Below, piece by piece: positions 57,413 through 64,000 of a stretch of DNA of 64,000 nt; position 1 is the stretch's first letter, and each line of letters starts with the position of its first letter. The stretch covers positions 43,896,001 through 43,960,000 of the forward strand of contig OZ024750.1 of assembly GCA_964016885.1 (NCBI GenBank), written 5' to 3'. Source of the stretch: Eledone cirrhosa (lineage: Eukaryota). A program made the position numbers and the translations under genes. A model generated the notes under the pieces. That model ran no database searches and was not told where the DNA came from. It was given only the letters and a program-made list of their open reading frames with translations.

Positions 57413-57630
57413 ATCATTATTCTTATTATCATTACCATTATTGTTATTACTATAATTATTATTATTATTATTATTTTATATTTTTATATCTTCATTGTTA
57501 AATTAGTCTTGCCATTGTGCACTTTTACTCGACCTTATTGTAAAACCCCACTGTTCCTGTCTTTGTATTGACCCCTACATGTCGGCCCTTGTGGCTAATA
57601 AATAAAATCCTTATTATTATTATTATTATT
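57413..57630 (+). repeat. Left copy of a 218-bp direct repeat flanking the Tx1-like LINE (right copy 63656-63873)
   Basis: Offset 6243; one visible mismatch (ctgttcc vs ctgtccc). Confidence 0.9.
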
Positions 57631-57843
57631 GAATGCCATGGTTGACGGAGGCTCGGCTCTGTAAGGTATAGTAATTTTTAACCGTTAAAACAATTGTAAA
57701 TTGTTTAAAACTTGAACCAAATTGTTGATAAAGACACCCTCCTCCTCGTGAGAGGGGTCTTTCTGTCCGTTATTTGGCCCTTCGGGGTTAAATAACCAGT
57801 TATTGGGGTTTTGTACCCAAAATTTCATTTTAAACAAAAAAAC

Positions 57844-59941
57844 ATGGCTACCAAAAAGAAATTTCATACGTCACTCCCACTCATTCCGTCTTCTTCTTCC
57901 TCAATCATCACTACAGCAGAGAGAAGATTGTCTCTCTCCCTCCCTTCTTTAAATGTGTCTCTCTCCCTCCCTTCTCTTTCGCAAGTGACGAAAGAAAAGA
58001 AAAGTCTCGTGCAAAGCGTGCAAGGTTTCTCCACGACGACGACGACAGCGACGAAACAGGTGTGCGGGAAATACGAAAACCCAGTTCATTCGTCTGACGT
58101 CAGGAATAATAGCAGTAGCAGCCGTAATAACAACAGCAACAGTGACAATGAAAACAACAGTAGCAGCCGCAACAGCATCACCAGCAGCATAAACAACAAC
58201 AGCATTAGCAGCAGCAACACCAACAACAACCACAGCAACAGCGGCGGAGGCAGTAGTCGTAGTACCTGCAGCAACAACAAAAGTACCAGCAGCTCTGACG
58301 ACAACAACAACAGCAGAGAAAAACCAATCTCATTTGCAGGTATTGCGAAAAATTTGGAAACAATCCTCATAACAAATGAGGAATTAGAGGAAGCGAAGAA
58401 GATGGTGACAAAGAACGGACACCGAGCAATCTGCAAGGCAGCGAAAAATTTTTTTCGAAACCCAAGAGCACTGTACGGTCACGTACCGTACAGTAAGTAC
58501 AAAATCCCGTAGGGTGGAAAGAGCCACAGAGGCCCAAATACAAAAAGCCTTGGGGTCTGTGTGGCAGCGGAAAACGCACATCACCCGAGGCAAAAAATAT
58601 GCCACCGTAGACGTACTTTTTGCCACACCCCAGGAGGCAAAGGCCCAATCAGTAGTGACCCTAAGGAGCGAGGAAATGGTGTTGGTGCCCTCCTACTGTG
58701 GGCAAAAAATTGTGAGGGTCAAACTGACCCACGTCCCCCCCGGAATGACCCCTTCTTGGCTGGCCGCGTCTGTCCTCGTCGGAATCGAGGACAAAACAAC
58801 TGTACTGCAAGTACAGAAAAAAGTAAGAGAAGATTGGGTCGGCTCCTCCATTGAGATGCTAATCCAAACCAACCAGGAGTGCATCGAAGCTATCCCGGAT
58901 GTGATAGACTTCGATAACGGCACTCAACTTCCCATAAGTGTTGAGGGCAAACGCCCGAAATGCTTTCGCTGTGGATCGAAGACTCACCTCAGGGCCTTCT
59001 GCAACGAGAAGACCCTGAGAAAGGAGAAAACCCCCCTCCTTCCGAATCCGGCTCCACGGCTACCAGCAACAGGACAAGCGGCAACCAGGAACGATAGGCC
59101 CGTGGCACCCATACCCACTCCACGGAAATCAAAAACAGCAGCAGCAGTGGAAATACTAACAACAACAACAGCAATACCAAATGCAGCTGCAACAGAGACT
59201 CCAGTGCAAACATCACCAACAACAACAAGTGAAAGAGTGGAGTTGGTACCCCTCCCCGACCTCACAGAATCAGACATGGAGTGTGAGGTGGGAGAGAGAT
59301 GGCAAAAGGTCGTAAGAAGGCACAAACGCAGAAGCAGCGCATCGTCGCCTTTGAAAAGTGAGGAAAGAAATGAGAAAAGGGTAAAGTCTACTGCAAAGAG
59401 ACCCACAGCAGCAACAACACCAACACCATCACCACCCACACTAGCGCCACCATCACCACCGGCGACAACCCCACCGGCAACAACACCTTCAACACCACCA
59501 CCACAAGCACCAACATCGCAAACACAACAACAAAACACACACACCCAGCAACAACGACAAGAAAATAGCAGAACCACACCCCACCCCCAGAAAAACAAAT
59601 GCACGGCAATGAATACACACAACAAGAAACTAATGACTTACATAATTGAACACACAGACATTTCACAACAGGACTACATAATACCAGCACCAATCAAAAC
59701 GCCAACTAACATAAGACTGCTAAAAATAGCACAGAAACAATACACAAATATTAAAACGAAATTCCCCAACGCAGTTGGTGATTTCAGGGACCTAGGAGGA
59801 ACCATCAATCGAAGAGTATACTCAGACATTCTCTTAGAAGAGCCGACGACCAGCCGAAGGGACGATTCAACGGTCCCTTCACCAGACGATCAAGTGAAAA
59901 GGGATGTAAAAACCATCCCTCCTCTACCAAAAGTACGGTAA
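57844..59941 (+). pseudogene. Tx1-like ORF1 (gag-like, zinc knuckle), one frameshift near 58501-58504
   Basis: ATG at 57844. CFRCGSKTHLRAFC knuckle preceded by ISVEGKRPK. Removing one A from 58501-58504 joins the two ORF-track segments. Confidence 0.8.
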
Positions 59942-59976
59942 GTGGTCTTTCCCATCTTTTCCACTCTATTTTAAAC

Positions 59977-62900
59977 ATGACCTCACTCAGAATAGGCAGC
60001 ATAAATGCGCGTGGCTTGGGGTCGTCATGGAAGCAGGGTCACCTGCTCAACGACCTCAGGTCACTAAACATAGATGTAGTGGCCATCAGCGAGACCAGAA
60101 TCTCCGAAGCACGGGCCTTCGCACCGATCTTCGGCGGCTACGATGTGTACGCATCTCCCAGCCGTCCTGGATCCGGTGGAGGAGTTGCTGTACTTTTTCG
60201 GAGAGGTTTGGATCTCGCCATACGGGCCATCTTCCTGGACCCAGAGGGTAAGCTGGTGGTGCTGGACGTGACCAGCGGAGACGGGCAAGCTTTCAGGCTA
60301 GTGGCCGTCTATGCCCCGACAGGAGCAGGGCGGCCTGATTTCTTCCGGCGTCTGGAGACCTTTCTTGGAACGTCGCGCTCTTTAGTGTTAGTGGGCGACT
60401 GGAACGGGATCTTAGATGCACGCTGGGACTGTGTGGGATTAGCGGATAGGGGTGGAGGGTGCAAGAGCCTCACCAACCTGCTCAGGCGTTTTGAACTGTC
60501 TGACAGGTACCGATTGGATTTCCCGAATGTGCCAATGTGGACTTGGACAAACCGCATAGGGTCATCCAGATCATATCTAGATAGAGTATTTTGTAGGGAA
60601 ATAGATAGGTCTAGCATAGGCTGTCCACAATTCAAGATAGTCAGCTACACGGACCACAAATTCGTGATCTGTGTGCTTGACTTAGATAGGCTTCATAGAC
60701 GAGGACCCGGCTACTGGAAGCTAAACGCGTCCTTACCAGCGCGCAAGGCCTACAGAGACCGAATTAGCGAACTAGTTAAGCGGGCGTTGACGGGGGCCAT
60801 CGTCAACAACAAGTGGTGGTTTGCTCTGAAAAGAGCGATTAGAATAGAATCGATTAGATTTAGTAAGGCTTTAGCAATAGAGAAAAATAGAGCAGAGGGA
60901 GAACTAGTTACAAAATTAGACGAGGCGCTTAGCAAAGGCATTGCGACCGACGTGCTTGCGGCGAAATTGGCCCTTGACCAATTCTTCAATGCAAAGCACG
61001 AAGGCTGCGTTGTCAGAGCAAGGGTGCGTGCTCTCAGACACGAGGGGACGAAAGCCGTTCAATGGGCCCGAGTGGCGGAGGCGCGTCGTGGCAACAAAGC
61101 CACGATCCGGTCTTTGGTGGACCACGACGGGCGCATGCTACTCGATCCCGGGCAAATGTGTGAAGCTTTTCAGCGACACTTCGCTCAGCTGTTCGGGGGC
61201 AGCGGTGGGCCGGGTAGAGGGATGGACTTTAGTGTCTACCTCGACGGACTGCCGCGGCTCTCGGCCACTGAGGCGAAGTGTTGCGAAAAGCAGATAACAG
61301 CCGCTGAAGTAAGGGAGGCAATGACTGGCTGCACAAGGGGTAAATCGCCTGGTTTGGATGGTCTGCCCTATGAACTTTACGTACAAATGCCAAACTTGTT
61401 CGGAGGCTTCTTGGCGGACGTCTACTGCAACTGGCAACAGAACGGGAGAATTCCCAGTTCTGTGAGCCGGTGAGCGGTGGCACTGCTGAGAAAGGATCCG
61501 AACAAGGGGGATAACATAGACAATTTCCGGCCCATAACTCTGCTAAACACAGAGTTTAAGATTTTGGCCAAGGTGCTAGCAAAGAGGTTGGCGCTTGTCG
61601 TTGGTGGTCTGGTGGGAGAGGCGCAGACATGCGCCATTCCCGACAGATCCATCCACGACAACCTCCACCTCATGCGATACATCGTAGAGAGGGTAGCTAG
61701 GGAACCTGGCACGGGTGGGTCCTTGATCAATTTAGATCAGTCGAAAGCTTTCGATAGGGTCGACCATCGTTACCTAGCGGCAGTCCTGAGGGCGGCTGGC
61801 TTTGGGCCCGTCTTCAGAGGCTGGATCGCTGCCATGCACAGCGACATCTGCTCTGTGGTGAGAGTGAACGGTCACCTGTCGGAACCGTTCAACATCATGC
61901 GCTCGGTCCGCCAAGGATGTCCCCTCTCGTCCCTCTTGTACGTATTGACTCTCGAGCCATTACTGCACAAACTGGAGACGTTGAGGGGAGTCCCGCGCGA
62001 ACTAGGATGCGGAAGATCAGTGTCAGCATATGCGGACGATGTCACCGTAGTGGTGTCGAGCGCCAAACACATCGAGGCGATCGGCACTACACTAAGAGAA
62101 TACGAAGCGGTGACAGGAGCAATGATCAACCACGAAAAGTCAGTGGGCCTGCAGCTCGGCACCTGGAGAGGCAGGTCCATGCCGTCCAACAGCGTCGTCG
62201 GACGCTGGACGGACGGACCGGTTAAATTGCTATGGGTCTGGTTCGGTCCGGACCTCCAGACGGACAAAAACTGGGACGAGGTGACGAGCAGGGTGGCTTC
62301 TCTCACCCAGAAATGGGCGGAGAGGAAGCTATCCCTGAAAGGTCGAGCGGAGGTGGCTAACGCGTACATCGCGTCCGTCATCTGCTACCGCCTGACCGTC
62401 GTACCTTGTCCTAAGCCTCGCCTGACTGTGCTGGAGCGTTTGCTCTTTCGCTTTTTGTGGAAGGGACGCGCTCCGATGGTCAGGCGGTCCATCTGTTGTC
62501 AACACCCGCTACGTGGAGGGCTGGGCATGCCGTGGCTGATGATGCGCAGGCACGCGCTCAGGCTACGACATCTCCACCTCTTCCTCGACGGTGATCAGGT
62601 GTGGTCGCCGTTTGCTAGACGCGTGTTTCCCCAGCTCGTTTCCTTGACGGAGCTGCAGTCCTGGGTCAAGCGAAGACCGAGAGGGAGCGCCTGGAGACTG
62701 GAATGTCTTCAGGCGCTCACAGCCCTCGACCAATCGGGCAATGTGATCGGTGGAAACTCCACCTCGGCGTTCTATAGAGGATTAGTGGAGGGGAAGAGCG
62801 ACGACGTACTTGGGGAAACTCTAGGCGTCGACGAAAATCAACTAGCCAATCTCTTCGGAAGAACTTTCGGGCCAGGGCCTATGGACAACTTCCAGAAATC

Positions 62901-63396
62901 TCTGGCCTGGCAGTGCTACCGAGGAGCCTTGCCAGTTCGGGATAAACTCTACAGGCATGGAGGTGCCGTCAGCCGGGCATGTCTGAGATGCGCGCAGGGC
63001 GACGAAACCGTCCTGCACGCACTCGTCCAGTGTCCGAAAATTGCTGACTTGTGGGTTTATGTCGAACACCTGCTGTCGCGTTTAGGACGGATCCGGCTAT
63101 CATCTGAGTCCATCGTGAGGATTGCCCCGCCCTCCTCCTTTAGCCGGGAAGGGCAGGCAGTTTTTATCTGTCTGGTGGCCATGGCGAAAGAGATAGTATG
63201 GTGGACACGTTTGAAAGGGCTTAAGACGAGCACTTACCTCTTCGGTGATGCTCTGATTGACTTTTTCAAATTTCATTTGAAAAGGAAAATCAGAGTAGAG
63301 AGGGAAGTGCTCTCTTCCCAGCATTTTGTTGAAAGATGGGTGAGAGAAGCAAGAATGGCCCGAGTGAATGGGCCTACTCTGAGCATATATCTGTAA
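59977..63396 (+). pseudogene. Tx1-like ORF2 (AP endonuclease + RT + C-terminal zinc finger) interrupted by a single in-frame TGA at 61471-61473
   Basis: SINARGL, SET, VYAP, LVGDWN, YLDR, TDH, PGYWKLN, KSPGLDG, FRPITLLN, LDQSKAFDRV, VRQGCPLS, AYADD, CLRC...ETVLHAL..C. The two segments are in the same frame. Confidence 0.92.
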
Positions 63397-63885
63397 ATTA
63401 AAGGTGGAAAACTGGGAGAGGGCACTTGCCTTGGTGGTCAGGGTCATTGTGGCTTTTTACTGGGCTTTCTCCACAAATGTCCCTCCGAAGTCTCCCCCCT
63501 ATTGGGGAATTTTTCATTGTTATTTTCATTGTTATTTTTGTTACATCCTCTGTTTTTGTTTTTTTACACGCAGAAATGCCCATTTGTACCGTCCTGCATT
63601 GTCCTGCACTGTCCTTAATGTCTACTTTATGTAAACCCTTGTGGTTAATAAAGAAATCATTATTCTTATTATCATTACCATTATTGTTATTACTATAATT
63701 ATTATTATTATTATTATTTTATATTTTTATATCTTCATTGTTAAATTAGTCTTGCCATTGTGCACTTTTACTCGACCTTATTGTAAAACCCCACTGTCCC
63801 TGTCTTTGTATTGACCCCTACATGTCGGCCCTTGTGGCTAATAAATAAAATCCTTATTATTATTATTATTATTATTATAATTATA

Positions 63886-64000
63886 AGGGCGGTGGATTGG
63901 CAGTATCAGTAGAGGGTCGGACGCCATGCTTTCCAGCATAGTTACGTCCCTTTACGATCTGAGTTCAAATCCCGCCTAGGTTGACTTTCCCCTTCATCCT
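63886..64000 (+). mobile_element. tRNA-derived SINE (runs off the window end)
   Basis: A-box-like TGGCAGTATCAG and B-box GAGTTCAAATCC. Confidence 0.85.

Larger units (their letters stand above)
57631..63655 (+). mobile_element. Full-length Tx1/L1-clade non-LTR retrotransposon
   Basis: 5' UTR, ORF1 with CCHC knuckle, ORF2 APE-RT-zinc finger, and 3' UTR ending ccttgtggttaataaagaa before an (ATT)-type repeat. Confidence 0.92.

Noticed and set aside
61471-61473. In-frame TGA in Tx1 ORF2 as selenocysteine or programmed readthrough
   Set aside because: It sits where Gly is expected (SRGAVALL), one change from GGA, and ORF1 is also frameshifted, so ordinary decay is simpler.

Overview
AT-rich, microsatellite-dense eukaryotic DNA, probably an octopod cephalopod (inferred only from my recollection of the tRNA-derived SINE). 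Almost all of it is repeats. It contains: (1) a young Penelope-like retroelement (RT + GIY-YIG) as a head-to-tail array of period 4279 bp ending in a 2.6-kb inverted arm (1-12530), with a minimal hammerhead ribozyme (HHR) in each pseudo-LTR; (2) a nearly intact Tx1/L1-type LINE (57631-63655) flanked by a 218-bp direct repeat; (3) CR1, RTE and second-PLE fragments, SINEs and satellites; and (4) possibly two small host exons. The main hidden signal is a dense set of self-cleaving ribozyme motifs in non-coding DNA. These are a 310-bp HHR retrozyme-like array whose inversion breakpoint lies 1 nt from the predicted cleavage site, diverged relatives with covarying hairpins, several short HHR elements inserted as head-to-head palindromes in (TA)n (one with a compensatory U3-A8 core), a 61-bp satellite built from an HHR core, and an HDV-like ribozyme at the 5' end of an RTE-derived SINE-like family. 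Together they suggest a PLE-driven set of non-autonomous ribozyme RNAs. All folds were derived by eye, and none was tested.
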